A DNA stretch of 64,000 nt from Alphaproteobacteria bacterium (GTDB lineage Bacteria; Pseudomonadota; Alphaproteobacteria; UBA9219). Positions 26,309-39,219 of the stretch are shown piece after piece. Both the position numbers and the translations under genes were made by a program. Each line of letters opens with the position of its first letter. The first letter of the stretch is position 1. The notes below the pieces were generated by a model, which ran no database searches, was not told the DNA's origin, and saw only the letters and a list, made by a program, of their open reading frames with translations. The stretch covers positions 31,348-95,347 of the forward strand of contig JAVEZQ010000002.1 of the NCBI GenBank assembly GCA_034002905.1. Reading direction: 5' to 3'.

Positions 26309-27625
26309 GTGCCAAAGCGGGGCCATATGTTAGAGATTACACAGAAAGAAATTACGGAAACGGATCGAGCGGCTCAGTTTGCACGTAATGCCAGAGACAG
26401 AACTACAAACACCAAACAGAGTCGCTTTTATTGCAACACTTCTCCGGCCATACGAGGCCTGATTGATGACGTTATCACCGCCGGTGAAGCCGCTGCCACA
26501 CTGACCTTGTTGGCAAGCCGTACACTCAAGCTAATCAAAACAACCTCCTTTGCGCCCCATCCTGTTGACGATGCTTCAAAATTCAGCAACGTATCAACAA
26601 ACGTCAAAGCCCGAAATCAGATACTTGATACGATGTTAACGGAGGCCACAACGCCTGATACGCAATCCAGTTGCGAACGGGAGCTTTCTGCCAACAAAAA
26701 TATGATGCTCAAATCCATCTCAAGTGTCAGCGCGATAGCAAAGGGCATTTCACGTCGCATACCTTCCTATTGCGAAAAAGACAGGGGTGATTTGATCTTT
26801 AATGACACCTACTATCTTGGACAAGCTAATGACAATCTTGCTATATCAATGCTTAGTTTAATAAATGCGGTTATCAAACATATTCCACAGGAACAGAGCT
26901 CCCATCAAGAGCTCCAGAAAATCCGGCAAAAACTGCATTCCTATACACCCGTGAATAAACGAGAGGCCGGATTAGTAGACACGCAATATACCGACAGTGA
27001 AGAAAGCTTAGCACGGAAATTTGATGCAAGCTTCGCACGCTATCGTATAGCGATGATGGAATATGCCAGCAGACAACAAGATCCTGCCATTGAATCAAAA
27101 CTAAATGATCTAGACCAAGCGATTAAATTATACAGTGCCCAAGCCAAACATATGGCACAAGGACGGGATATTCTCAGCAAGGGCGTTCAGCTACGCATAT
27201 CTAATCAATCTTATAAATCATATGTTCGAGACAACGGATCACATAAGCCTATCTCGACCCATTTTATAGATGTTCGCACAGGCTCCGCTCAGTTTTGTAA
27301 CAAGACATCTCAGGATCTCTTTATACAGGAAAAAAACGAGCGACATGCGATTTACCTGACCCATAATACAACCGCCACACAAGTGCTCATCCATTGCTTT
27401 GACTTGGCAGCCATAGGCCTAACGCGCAACGAACCTCAAGAAATTAGCTTGGCGGCAAAAACCTTGCGACACCACGTCGAAAATTACACGATTGCAGCGC
27501 TTGGATATCACGGTATGAAACTGTTGGAAACCAACCTGCCAACAGTGGAAAAGTTGAATTTCAGAACCAATCGTGCACAAGCCGGAGCCCGCATCAGACC
27601 GCACAAGACGCCTCGCCTTTCCTAG
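26309..27625 (+). CDS. hypothetical protein (438 aa), AT-richer than flanking genes, no recognisable domain, no signal peptide
   Basis: A long ORF inserted between the SLT-domain gene and rnhB, with an alternative start at 26327. It is Ser/Thr/Asn/Gln-rich. I did not recognise any catalytic motif. Confidence 0.5.
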   Translation: MPKRGHMLEITQKEITETDRAAQFARNARDRTTNTKQSRFYCNTSPAIRGLIDDVITAGEAAATLTLLASRTLKLIKTTSFAPHPVDDASKFSNVSTNVKARNQILDTMLTEATTPDTQSSCERELSANKNMMLKSISSVSAIAKGISRRIPSYCEKDRGDLIFNDTYYLGQANDNLAISMLSLINAVIKHIPQEQSSHQELQKIRQKLHSYTPVNKREAGLVDTQYTDSEESLARKFDASFARYRIAMMEYASRQQDPAIESKLNDLDQAIKLYSAQAKHMAQGRDILSKGVQLRISNQSYKSYVRDNGSHKPISTHFIDVRTGSAQFCNKTSQDLFIQEKNERHAIYLTHNTTATQVLIHCFDLAAIGLTRNEPQEISLAAKTLRHHVENYTIAALGYHGMKLLETNLPTVEKLNFRTNRAQAGARIRPHKTPRLS

Positions 27626-27658
27626 CTATGGCTTGCTCATTTTGCCCAAACATGTAAA

Positions 27659-28292
27659 GTGTTCGGCATGCCTGATTTATCTTTAGAAATGGCCCTTGGG
27701 GCAGCCGACGGCCTGCTGATTTGCGGTGTTGACGAGGTTGGACGCGGTCCTCTTGCCGGACCCGTGGTTGCCGCTGCTGTGATTTTACCTGCCGGCGGTC
27801 TGCCAGAGGGCCTAGCCAACAAAATCAACGACAGCAAAAAACTATCGGAAAAGCAACGCGAAGCTCTCTATCCCGCTTTGGTTGAACACTGCACCTATGC
27901 CGTGGCCGAGGCCACCGTTGGTGAGATTGACAAAATAAACATCCTGCACGCCTCTTTGCTCGCCATGACACGCGCTGTGCGACAGCTTGATCCGGTACCG
28001 CATCACGCCCTTATCGACGGCAATAAAATCCCCAAAAATCTTCCCTGCCCCTCTACACCCGTTATCAAGGGTGACAGCTCGAGCCTTTCCATTGCGGCAG
28101 CATCGATTATTGCCAAAGTGACACGTGACAGGATTATGAAAGCGCTTGGCGCAGTTCATACCGTCTATGGTTGGCAGAAAAATGCGGGTTATGGCACCAG
28201 CCTTCATCTTGAAGCCCTGAAAACGCACGGCGTGACGATGTGGCATCGCGGCTCTTTTGCACCAGTTGCTCATGCCAAAGAACTAACTAAAT

Positions 28293-28294
<2 letters not shown>
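27659..28294 (+). CDS. rnhB: ribonuclease HII
   Basis: 211 aa. GVDEVGRGPLAGPVVAAAV (DEV-GRG active site) and DDSKKL. It sits immediately upstream of ccrM, the conserved alphaproteobacterial arrangement. Confidence 0.9.
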
Positions 28295-29536
<1,242 letters not shown>

Positions 29537-29572
29537 CCATAACAACACATCCCTCCCTTATAAGGAAACGAT

Positions 29573-30259
29573 ATGAATAGACATCTCAAGAAGTTGCTTC
29601 ATATTGACCCGATAAAACTAAACCTGCTCATCATATTAATGATCATCTGGACAGGCTATTTCGCCTGGAAGGTGGCGTGGCCATTCACGTGGTTATCAAT
29701 TCCCATTCTTCTTTGTTATGGCTACATCATCTTGCGCCTTGCCTATGAGCAGATTTTCAACAAGGGGCATGCACCGACAATGGCAACGGGTTACGCCGCG
29801 CGACACAAGATATCGGAGATACTGGCAAAAGATGCCGCACGGAATCCCAAGACGCCCTATAACATTCTTGATCTTGGCTCAGGGCGCGGTGAACTAACTC
29901 GTCGTTTAGCCCTTGATATTCCCAACGCTGTCGTTGTCGGCATTGAAAAGGAGTACTTTCCCTTTCACGAGTCAACTTGGGTTCAACGGCTCTTGGGTCC
30001 CCAAAACCTATTTTATAAACGCAGCGATTTCTGGGATTATGACTGTTCAGGCTGTGATGCTGTGATCCTGTACCTTATGCCCGCTATCTCCGAACGGCTT
30101 GGGGAAAAACTCGCAAAAGAGCTCAAGCACGGCGCCTTGATTATCTCACATGACTTTCCCCTTCATGGCAAATGGGAACCTATTGAAATATACAAGCTCC
30201 ACGCACCATTCAAGGATACGCTGTACGTCTACAGGAAAGAACTGCCCTTGAACCAATAA
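29573..30259 (+). CDS. membrane-anchored class I SAM-dependent methyltransferase-like protein
   Basis: Two N-terminal TM helices, then motif I ILDLGSGRGELT and a post-I acidic motif (VVGIEKE). AT-richer than ccrM. Substrate unknown. Confidence 0.5.
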   Translation: MNRHLKKLLHIDPIKLNLLIILMIIWTGYFAWKVAWPFTWLSIPILLCYGYIILRLAYEQIFNKGHAPTMATGYAARHKISEILAKDAARNPKTPYNILDLGSGRGELTRRLALDIPNAVVVGIEKEYFPFHESTWVQRLLGPQNLFYKRSDFWDYDCSGCDAVILYLMPAISERLGEKLAKELKHGALIISHDFPLHGKWEPIEIYKLHAPFKDTLYVYRKELPLNQ

Positions 30260-30266
30260 GTTCGTG

Positions 30267-30692
30267 TCATCCCCTGATGAGCGGACGATTGTGATATGTT
30301 TTTTTGCGTCCGCGAGGTTGAGGTACTGAAGCGATTTGGAGCCGAACTTTCGAGATTCCATCTTCGCCCAAGCCAAGAAGCTGGCCACGCGATTGGAAAT
30401 GATCCGATCGAACTCTCCCTTTATCATCTCTCCACGACAAAGTGATCAGCTTTCCATTGCGCGCAAGACTATCAAGCGTATTGTAAAAAGCATATGAAAA
30501 AGTACTGCCTGTCCAAAATCCGTTTTGATCGATAATCTTGGCCATTCGTTTTCCATACTGTCCCTTGACAGATATATAGGTGGTGTTATCCGAAATCGCG
30601 ATATCAAATGTTGGTGTCTTTTTAGGATTAGCTCCTAAAACACACATGATTTGCTTCATCACCAAAGTCAGTTTGTGCTGTAAAGGATGCAT
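30267..30692 (-). CDS. hypothetical protein (141 aa), convergent with the methyltransferase-like gene
   Basis: An ORF with no recognised domain. A second overlapping ORF (30146..30427) in another frame hints at a possible frameshift or decay. Confidence 0.3.
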   Translation of the reverse strand: MHPLQHKLTLVMKQIMCVLGANPKKTPTFDIAISDNTTYISVKGQYGKRMAKIIDQNGFWTGSTFSYAFYNTLDSLARNGKLITLSWRDDKGRVRSDHFQSRGQLLGLGEDGISKVRLQIASVPQPRGRKKTYHNRPLIRG

Positions 30693-30728
30693 TATTCTCC
30701 CCGCTTATTCGATCGCTAGAAACTCGAT

Positions 30729-31817
<1,089 letters not shown>

Positions 31818-31848
31818 TCACCCTTCTCGCAAAGGGCACCGAGAGCCA

Positions 31849-32094
31849 TTACTCGGTAACGACAGAAACAAACTTGCGCTTCTTCACTTCGCGGAAGGCA
31901 ACCATGCCCTCAACCTTGGCGAACAACGTGTGATCCTTGCCCATACCGACATTCTCACCGGCGTGGAACTTTGTGCCACGTTGGCGAACGATGATCGCGC
32001 CAGCCTTGGCTTTGCCATTGACTTTGACGCCAAGACGACGACCGGCGGAGTCGCGACCGTTACGTGATGAGCCGCCTGCTTTTTTATGTGCCAT
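31849..32094 (-). CDS. rpmA: 50S ribosomal protein L27
   Basis: [24 protein letters not shown]... is canonical L27. 81 aa. Confidence 0.95.
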   Translation of the reverse strand: MAHKKAGGSSRNGRDSAGRRLGVKVNGKAKAGAIIVRQRGTKFHAGENVGMGKDHTLFAKVEGMVAFREVKKRKFVSVVTE

Positions 32095-32126
32095 TGACTT
32101 TCTCCTTCAACGTGCGAAGCGTGTGC

Positions 32127-32441
32127 TTACTTCGCTTTGATCTCTGTAATCTTCAGCACCGTAAAGCACTGACGATGGTTGTTACGACGACGATAATTCT
32201 GGCGACGCTTTTTCTTGAAAATGATCAGCTTGCGCGTGCGCTCTTGCGACACAACCTCAGCCAACACCTTGGCACCAGCGATAAAGGGCGAGCCAACGGC
32301 CACTTTGCCATTGTCGCAAATCATCATCACATCATTCAGATCAACGGTCTTTCCAGCCTCAGCTTCGAGCTTTTCGACCTGAACCATATCACCTTGGGCA
32401 ACCTTATACTGCTTGCCGCCTGTCTTTACGACTGCGAACAT
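32127..32441 (-). CDS. rplU: 50S ribosomal protein L21
   Basis: [18 protein letters not shown]... is canonical L21. 104 aa. Confidence 0.95.
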   Translation of the reverse strand: MFAVVKTGGKQYKVAQGDMVQVEKLEAEAGKTVDLNDVMMICDNGKVAVGSPFIAGAKVLAEVVSQERTRKLIIFKKKRRQNYRRRNNHRQCFTVLKITEIKAK

Positions 32442-32705
32442 CTTTGACCAGCCATTCTTCTTTTAAAGTTAAACACAATACACGGCCACGCCATAGACAG
32501 GCGCGCCGTGGAGAGGCGTTTTTGCCGGATTCTCCCTCTCTTGTCAAGCAAGTGATTTGCTTTTCATACAGTTTTAAAAGCTCCGAGGCCTTCTACAGGC
32601 ACTAAAACAATCAATTAGTTAACAGATAGACATAATCAAGGCTTGATTTAGATATATTTTCATAATTAGATATAAAACGATAAGATTTTGATCAACGGAG
32701 GCACC

Positions 32706-32942
32706 ATGACAAAAAATAAGGTTGAAGAAAAAATTCTTGGTCTAAACCTTACCCCGACAGAAACTAGGCTTTTAGCTACAGTGAATTGTCTGGGAATAGG
32801 CGGTCGAAAAAGCCTCTATGAAACAAATGTCCTTCCGATGACACCTCATACCAATGAGAGTAACGCTCCGCTAAAGCCATTAGTTCCCAAAAAGAAATAT
32901 TTTTACGATTCTGGTGCACCAACAACACCTTACATACATTAA
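32706..32942 (+). CDS. small hypothetical protein (78 aa) in an AT-rich islet
   Basis: The ATG at 32706 is preceded by ggaggcacc (strong RBS) after a very AT-rich upstream region. It ends 3 nt before the HExxH gene. No recognised domain. Confidence 0.35.
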   Translation: MTKNKVEEKILGLNLTPTETRLLATVNCLGIGGRKSLYETNVLPMTPHTNESNAPLKPLVPKKKYFYDSGAPTTPYIH

Positions 32943-32945
32943 GGC

Positions 32946-33896
32946 ATGGGCTGCGAGATCATCAGCACAAACGCAAGACGTGACAATACGCTCAGGCGAA
33001 CTTGCGCTGTTGTGTCTCGATATTTCCCTGAAATCGCGTCAAAAATTGGTGGCAACTTCCAACAGGTCGTTCAAAAAGAACCCTTTACGATCTATATTGT
33101 CGATACAACGAGGGTCAAACCGCCAAGCTATACTTATGACGATATGCCCAAGTTCGCCTCGATAGAAGGACTGAACGGGGTGAGAAAAGTTGCCCTCAGG
33201 CGCAACGACCTCGTTTATGCCCTAAGCGCCTATGCTCTTTCGACGAACGAAATGGTGCTTTACCTCAATCCAAAGCATCCAGACTATCACCGCCCTTATA
33301 TTATTCGACTCATTGCAGCCACTTTGGCGCATGAGATCCACCATAGCGCCTGCATGCTCAATAATGGTGAATGGTACGACAGAGACACCACGAAAAAAAA
33401 AGTGGCGGCCCCTTACGTCAAAGATGCTTATTGCACATCAATGATCAACACCCTCGCCTCCGAGGGTCTAGCCCAGATTTTCGAGAAAGAAATAACAGGC
33501 TATTTACCCTATTGCCCTTACAATATTACACCAACACTTTCAGCGCAGTTACCACATGTCTTTAACAAGAAATTTCTTTTAGATCGCTTTAACTGGAACA
33601 CATATACCAACTTTTTCTTTGGCATGGGAGAGCAAACGCCCGTCTCGGGGCTTGGTTATCAGATGGCAACGCTTCTCATGCATAATTATCTGTCCGACAC
33701 TGGCAAAACAGCCGCCCAATGCACTGGTACGCGAAGTAAAGACATCTATGACTGGCTTGAGGCGAGAAAGTTTGTGCTTAACGATATTGATGTTGTTTAC
33801 CGTCAGTCAGCGCGCCTCCTTACGCGAACAGACTACCTCAATCTCATCACAGCAAAAACACCCAAACCCGCCGAGGCCCCACTGTTCGGGGGATAG
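32946..33896 (+). CDS. hypothetical HExxH-motif protein (putative zinc metallopeptidase-like), 316 aa
   Basis: LIAATLAHEIHHSAC contains an HExxH motif in a hydrophobic helix context. The protein is Cys-rich (CTSM, YCPY). AT-richer than the core genome. It appears co-transcribed with the 78-aa ORF. Confidence 0.5.
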   Translation: MGCEIISTNARRDNTLRRTCAVVSRYFPEIASKIGGNFQQVVQKEPFTIYIVDTTRVKPPSYTYDDMPKFASIEGLNGVRKVALRRNDLVYALSAYALSTNEMVLYLNPKHPDYHRPYIIRLIAATLAHEIHHSACMLNNGEWYDRDTTKKKVAAPYVKDAYCTSMINTLASEGLAQIFEKEITGYLPYCPYNITPTLSAQLPHVFNKKFLLDRFNWNTYTNFFFGMGEQTPVSGLGYQMATLLMHNYLSDTGKTAAQCTGTRSKDIYDWLEARKFVLNDIDVVYRQSARLLTRTDYLNLITAKTPKPAEAPLFGG

Positions 33897-33908
33897 GGTT
33901 GGTTAGGA

Positions 33909-34508
33909 TTACAAAGCGCTAGTGCCGGGAATGATTTCCCTCTGTTTACGTGGAAAATAGAGGATGATGGCGATAAAGGTATCTATAAAAACGGCATAGA
34001 GGGGATAAGCCATTTCGGCAAAGCTCCAATCCTTGATTGCAAACAAGCCCAACACATAGCTGAGCCCACCAATGGCATAGGAAATCCGCGTTTCGCTTTC
34101 TGGATGAGAGATGGACTTCTTGATGGTCGGGATCGCGGCCATGATATCCGCCACTATCGCGAAAAAGATAGCCCAATTGGCATCTGCCGTCGCCCACCAC
34201 GCCAACAGCGCCGTAACAGACATAGCCCCGCACAACCAGTCAAATAGGGTGAGCTTCCACTGGGCCTGTTTTAACGTCAGCGCAAGGACAAAGCCAACCA
34301 TAGGACATAAAAAGGCGCTGAGCACGGGAATGTTTGTGAGAATAGCCCCTTCCGACCACGCCGCCACAAGCGCAATCCCGCTTTCAAAAGCCCATAGACC
34401 AGCCGTAATCTGATTGGGTTTTGTCGTACCCTTGAACATATCCCTGTAATAGGGAAGCGCAGCCGCGATACCCATCGCCAAACCAACAAAAGGAAGCCAT
34501 TCAAGCAT
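33909..34508 (-). CDS. hypothetical polytopic membrane protein (199 aa, ~6 TM)
   Basis: Hydrophobic throughout (LEWLPFVGLAMGIAAALPYY..., LAAWSEGAILTNIPVL...). No recognised family. Confidence 0.45.
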   Translation of the reverse strand: MLEWLPFVGLAMGIAAALPYYRDMFKGTTKPNQITAGLWAFESGIALVAAWSEGAILTNIPVLSAFLCPMVGFVLALTLKQAQWKLTLFDWLCGAMSVTALLAWWATADANWAIFFAIVADIMAAIPTIKKSISHPESETRISYAIGGLSYVLGLFAIKDWSFAEMAYPLYAVFIDTFIAIILYFPRKQREIIPGTSAL

Positions 34509-34716
34509 ATTCTATTATCCGCGTAATAAGTTTTCGGGCCAGAATTCTTACATTAAAATCATCTGTCATCCCCGCGAAAGCGCGGATCCATATAACGATT
34601 CAGAAAGAAGCAAGCGCTAAGTTTTTACCGACTGGCCACATAGACTCCCGCCTACGCGGGAGTGACATAGATTTCTTATTGTATAGTCATCCCCATCAAC
34701 CCGTCGTTTACGTTCA

Positions 34717-36396
34717 TTACCGCTCGATTGGCTTGTACTTAATCCGGTGAGGTTGATCAGCATCAGTTCCAAGGCGGCGATGGCGATCAATTTCGTAATC
34801 CTGATAATTACCTTCAAACCAGACAACTTGGCTGTCACCCTCAAAAGCAAGGATATGCGTCGCGATACGGTCAAGGAACCAGCGATCATGGCTGATTACT
34901 ACGATACAGCCGGGGAAATCCACCAGCGCATCTTCAAGTGCGCGCAGCGTTTCGATATCCAGATCGTTGCTCGGCTCGTCAAGAAGCAGGACATTCGCCC
35001 CAGACTTGAGCATCTTGGCCATATGGACGCGGTTACGCTCACCGCCTGACAGATCGCCGACTTTCTTTTGCTGATCCGGCCCCTTAAACCCGAAGGACGC
35101 GACATAGCCACGGCTGGCCACCGTGCGCTTGCCAAACTCAAGCATATCAAGCCCGTCGGAAATCTCTTCCCAGACAGTCTTGGTTGCGGCAAGGGAGTCA
35201 CGGCTTTGATCAACATAGCCAAGCTGAACCGTCTCGCCGACACGGATCGTGCCGCCATCTGGCTTCTCCACACCCGTAATCATTTTAAAGAGCGTCGATT
35301 TACCCGCGCCGTTCGCACCGATGATGCCAACGATACCACCCGGCGGTAGCTTAAAGGTCAGATCGTCAATCAACAAACGATCACCATATCCTTTTCGCAG
35401 ATGCTCGACCTCGACCACGACACTGCCAAGACGTGGCGGTGTGGGGATCAAGATTTGTGCTGTTTCTGGAGCCTTATCCGCATTTTTGGCCAACAAATCT
35501 TCATAAGCCGTAATACGCGCCTTGTTTTTGGCTTGGCGCGCCTTGGGCGCTGTGCGCACCCATTCAAGTTCGCGAGACAAAGTCCGCTGACGCGCCTTAT
35601 CATCACGCACTTCTTGTTCGAGGCGTTTTTGCTTTTGCTCAAGCCACGAAGAGTAATTCCCTTCATAGGGGATGCCATTTCCGCGATCGAGCTCCAAGAT
35701 CCAGCCCGTGACCTGATCAAGGAAGTAACGATCGTGGGTAACCAGAATGACGGCCCCCTTATATTCAACCAAATGGCGTTGAAGCCACGCAATGGATTCC
35801 GCGTCCAAATGGTTGGTTGGTTCGTCAAGAAGCAACAAATCAGGCTTTTGCATCAACAAACGACACAGGGCCACCCGACGCCGTTCACCGCCCGAAAGCT
35901 TGGTCACGTCGGCATCACCCGGCGGACAGCGCAAAGCATCCATCGCGATTTCAACACGGCGGCTGAGATCCCACGCATCGGCGGCATCTATTTTTTCCTG
36001 AAGTTCACCCTGCTCTTCAAGTAGCTTTTGCATCTCGTCGGGATCTTCGACCTCGCCCAGCTTCATGCTGAGTTCTTCAAAACGATCAACCAGAGCTTTG
36101 ATCTCGCCAAGGCCGGTCAAGATGTTTTGCTCGACAGTTAGAGCCGGATCAAGCTGAGGCTCCTGCTGCAAGTAACCAACCGTTGCGCCGTCCGCAACAA
36201 AAGCTTCACCGCTAAAATCCGTGTCCAGACCCGCCATGATTTTCATAAGCGTGGATTTACCCGCGCCATTAGGTCCCAGAATGCCAATCTTAGCATCAGG
36301 ATAAAAAGAGAGTGAAATATTGTTCAAGACCGTTTTCCCGTTGGTAAAGGTCTTGGTTACGCGATTCATCACGTAGATATATTGATAAGCAGCCAT
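34717..36396 (-). CDS. ettA: energy-dependent translational throttle protein EttA (ABC-F ATPase)
   Basis: 559 aa. Two ABC cassettes (GPNGAGKST / [20 protein letters not shown] / [11 protein letters not shown]). The N-terminus [17 protein letters not shown] parallels E. coli MAQFVYTMHRVGK. Confidence 0.9.
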   Translation of the reverse strand: MAAYQYIYVMNRVTKTFTNGKTVLNNISLSFYPDAKIGILGPNGAGKSTLMKIMAGLDTDFSGEAFVADGATVGYLQQEPQLDPALTVEQNILTGLGEIKALVDRFEELSMKLGEVEDPDEMQKLLEEQGELQEKIDAADAWDLSRRVEIAMDALRCPPGDADVTKLSGGERRRVALCRLLMQKPDLLLLDEPTNHLDAESIAWLQRHLVEYKGAVILVTHDRYFLDQVTGWILELDRGNGIPYEGNYSSWLEQKQKRLEQEVRDDKARQRTLSRELEWVRTAPKARQAKNKARITAYEDLLAKNADKAPETAQILIPTPPRLGSVVVEVEHLRKGYGDRLLIDDLTFKLPPGGIVGIIGANGAGKSTLFKMITGVEKPDGGTIRVGETVQLGYVDQSRDSLAATKTVWEEISDGLDMLEFGKRTVASRGYVASFGFKGPDQQKKVGDLSGGERNRVHMAKMLKSGANVLLLDEPSNDLDIETLRALEDALVDFPGCIVVISHDRWFLDRIATHILAFEGDSQVVWFEGNYQDYEIDRHRRLGTDADQPHRIKYKPIER

Positions 36397-36434
36397 GCGG
36401 TTTTCTAACTTGGATCGGTGGAAAAGTCTATATG

Positions 36435-38699
36435 TTATCTGGGCTTGGCGCGCTCGACAGAGACAATGGCGCTATTCGAGCGGAGGGCGGCGATGACGTT
36501 GAGGAGATGATCCGTGTCATTGACCTCGACATCCACAAGAATGTCAAAGAAATCAATCGAGCGATTGGTAATCTTGAGGTTTGTAATGTTGGCATTACTC
36601 TTGCCAATAATTGTCGTAAGAGCGCCAAGTGAATTCGGCTTGTTCGTCAGAACGACATTCAGGCGCCCGACAAGAAGATTCCCCTTGTCCTGATTATCAC
36701 CCCAATCCACATCAATCCAACGCTCTGGCATATCGCGGAAGGATTCAAGCGTGTCGCAGTCTCTCGTATGAATGGTCACGCCGCGTCCTGTTGCAACGAT
36801 GCCGACAATCCGATCACCGGGCAACGGATGGCAACAGCGGGCGAAGTGAACGGCCATTCCCGGAATAAGCCCCTTAAGCGTGAGGGGAGTGCCCGATTGT
36901 GGTGTGGCCTTTGTTTTGATCTTTTGTGCGGCAGCCTCAACATCGGCGGGAAGCTTCTCGACAGGTTTGGCTTTTTGTTCAGGATAAGCGGCATAAAACA
37001 CATCACGAGCAGACTGGAGCGACGCCCCGACATTCGCGAACAAATCCTCGATGTTCGAGGCTTGAAAGTTTTTGGCAATCGCTTCAAACGGCTTTTCGCC
37101 GAAATCCACATTTTCCTGTCGGCAAAGTTTTTCCAGCATCGCACGGCCCAGCGCGATATATTCTACCCGCTGTTGAATACGCACAAAGCGACGAATCCGC
37201 GAGCGCGCCTTGCCTGACACAACAAAGCGTTCCCACGCGGGAGATGGTGTCCCATTCTTTTGCGTGATAATTTCAACCTGATCGCCATTGTGAAGCTCGG
37301 TGCGCAAGGGCACCATACGACCATTGACTTTGGACCCGACGCACTCGTCACCGATGCGGCTATGCACAGCATAGGCAAAATCAACCGGCGTCGCACCACG
37401 TGGCAGGGCAATCAAATCGCCTTTCGGCGAGAAGCAAAACACCTGATCCTGAAACAGCTCAAGCCGCGTATGCTCAAGGAACTCTTCAGGCTTTTGAGCA
37501 TGTTCGACAATATCCAGAATATCGCGCAACCACCGATACTCTGATGAATCCGACGCTTGTGCGCCTTGTTTATAGCTCCAATGAGCGGCAACGCCTAACT
37601 CGGCCACCTCGTGCATCTCGTGCGTACGGATCTGGATCTCGATGCGATGACGCTCCGGTCCGATAATGGTGGTATGAATGCTTTGGTATTTATTGGGCTT
37701 CGGTGTGGAGATATAATCTTTGAAACGACCGGGGATGCCATGGAAGTGATTGTGGATGATGCCGAGCGCCTGATAACAATTCCCCACGGTATCGACGAGA
37801 ATACGAAAGGCCATGATATCCGACAATTGCTCAAAGCTAATGTCTTTTTTGTTCATCTTGCGCCAGATAGAGTATGGCTTTTTCTCACGCCCTTCAATTT
37901 CGGCGTGAAGCCCCTCCTCCTCCAGCAACTGGGTCAACGCGACACGAATACGCTCGGCGATATTGCCGCCCTCGGACCGCAGATAATTTAAACGCGCCAC
38001 AATACTGTCGCGCGCGTCCGGATTGATTTCTGCAAAAGCAAGATCTTGAAGCTCGTCTTGCATTTTCTCAATACCAATGCGCTCGGCCAATGGTGCGTAG
38101 ATATCAAGAGTCTCGCGCGCGATACGCGTGCGTTTATCAGGATTCTTGACGAAGTGGAGCGTTCGCATATTGTGCAAACGATCCGCGAGTTTGATCAAAA
38201 GGATGCGAATGTCCGTAGACATCGCCACGACCAGTTTGCGAAAGTTCTCGGCCTGTTTGGCCGCCTGATCATTCTGAAACTCGATGCGCGAAAGCTTTGT
38301 CACACCATCGACAAGGCGAGCAATCTCCGCACCAAAATGTTTTTCAATATCGGCAAGCGTTACACCAGTGTCTTCGACCGTATCATGCAAAAGCGCCGTA
38401 GCAATTGCCGCGCTATCCATTTTCATTTCGGTCAAAATGCCGGCGACGTCCAGCGGATGAGAAAAATAGGGATCGCCGGATTCACGCGTCTGGTTGCCAT
38501 GCGCCTGCATGGAAAAGACATAAGCGCGGTTAAGAAGGTCTTCATCAGCCGTCGGGTCATAGGATTTAACGCGCTCGACAAGCTCATATTGCCGCATCAG
38601 GCGAACCGGGCGAAGCTTCGGCTTGACGTCATCCCCCAAAGCGGAAACAGTTAGGGTATCAGATGGTGTAAAGGAATCCATGCCCAGCCTACCCTTCAA
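36435..38699 (-). CDS. rsh: bifunctional (p)ppGpp synthetase/hydrolase (RelA/SpoT homologue, Rsh)
   Basis: HD hydrolase domain ([15 protein letters not shown]...HDTVEDT), synthetase domain, and TGS and ACT C-terminal domains. The position-38699 start is a TTG. In-frame ATGs at 38681 or 38597 ([10 protein letters not shown]...) are alternative starts. Confidence 0.9.
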   Translation of the reverse strand: MKGRLGMDSFTPSDTLTVSALGDDVKPKLRPVRLMRQYELVERVKSYDPTADEDLLNRAYVFSMQAHGNQTRESGDPYFSHPLDVAGILTEMKMDSAAIATALLHDTVEDTGVTLADIEKHFGAEIARLVDGVTKLSRIEFQNDQAAKQAENFRKLVVAMSTDIRILLIKLADRLHNMRTLHFVKNPDKRTRIARETLDIYAPLAERIGIEKMQDELQDLAFAEINPDARDSIVARLNYLRSEGGNIAERIRVALTQLLEEEGLHAEIEGREKKPYSIWRKMNKKDISFEQLSDIMAFRILVDTVGNCYQALGIIHNHFHGIPGRFKDYISTPKPNKYQSIHTTIIGPERHRIEIQIRTHEMHEVAELGVAAHWSYKQGAQASDSSEYRWLRDILDIVEHAQKPEEFLEHTRLELFQDQVFCFSPKGDLIALPRGATPVDFAYAVHSRIGDECVGSKVNGRMVPLRTELHNGDQVEIITQKNGTPSPAWERFVVSGKARSRIRRFVRIQQRVEYIALGRAMLEKLCRQENVDFGEKPFEAIAKNFQASNIEDLFANVGASLQSARDVFYAAYPEQKAKPVEKLPADVEAAAQKIKTKATPQSGTPLTLKGLIPGMAVHFARCCHPLPGDRIVGIVATGRGVTIHTRDCDTLESFRDMPERWIDVDWGDNQDKGNLLVGRLNVVLTNKPNSLGALTTIIGKSNANITNLKITNRSIDFFDILVDVEVNDTDHLLNVIAALRSNSAIVSVERAKPR

Positions 38700-38796
38700 T
38701 CCGGGGGCCGATAAATAAAAGTGTTCGTCGTGATGTTGGCTGGGGAAGTCTCACTTTATCAGTACGCCAATCCATCTTGCTTCCCCGCCTTTGACC

Positions 38797-39219
38797 TCAA
38801 TCTCTTACATCGACGTCTTCAAAGGCTCCGGCCCCTCCAAAATCGGCATCACTGCCCATACCATCCTCTTCCTCATCCTCGTCCATGTCGAGGGAGAAAT
38901 CATCATCACCTTCACCGATATCGGCAGCGCCGATCCAGTTCTGTTGTTCGCTGCTCATCAACTCGACAACCTCGTCTTCGGGGCGATCCGGTTCAATGCG
39001 CTTCTGCAACCCTTTAATCAAAGATTCCTTCACGACGTCGAAATCCAGCTTTTCTTCGGCAATCTCGCGCAAGGCTACAACAGGGTTTTTATCGCGATCG
39101 CGTTCCACGCGAAGCTCGGCGCCAGAGGAAAGCGCACGGGCGCGGTGTGATGCCATCATCACAAGCTCAAAGCGGTTGGGAACGAGCAAGACACAATCTT
39201 CAACTGTAACGCGAGCCAT
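38797..39219 (-). CDS. rpoZ: DNA-directed RNA polymerase subunit omega with acidic C-terminal extension
   Basis: [30 protein letters not shown]... is the canonical omega N-terminus. It is immediately upstream of rsh. Confidence 0.9.
   Translation of the reverse strand: MARVTVEDCVLLVPNRFELVMMASHRARALSSGAELRVERDRDKNPVVALREIAEEKLDFDVVKESLIKGLQKRIEPDRPEDEVVELMSSEQQNWIGAADIGEGDDDFSLDMDEDEEEDGMGSDADFGGAGAFEDVDVRD

Noticed and set aside
30146-30427. 93-aa minus-strand ORF overlapping the 3' end of the methyltransferase-like gene
   Set aside because: It overlaps the convergent plus-strand gene by >100 nt and is in a different frame from the neighbouring 141-aa ORF. It is more likely a frame artefact or the decayed remainder of that ORF than an independent gene.
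32471-32512. Hairpin cacggc…gccgtg / cgcc…ggcg followed by TTTTT upstream of rplU, as a plus-strand terminator
   Set aside because: No plus-strand gene lies upstream for it to terminate. It is more plausibly part of the rplU leader or promoter region. It is not reported as a feature.
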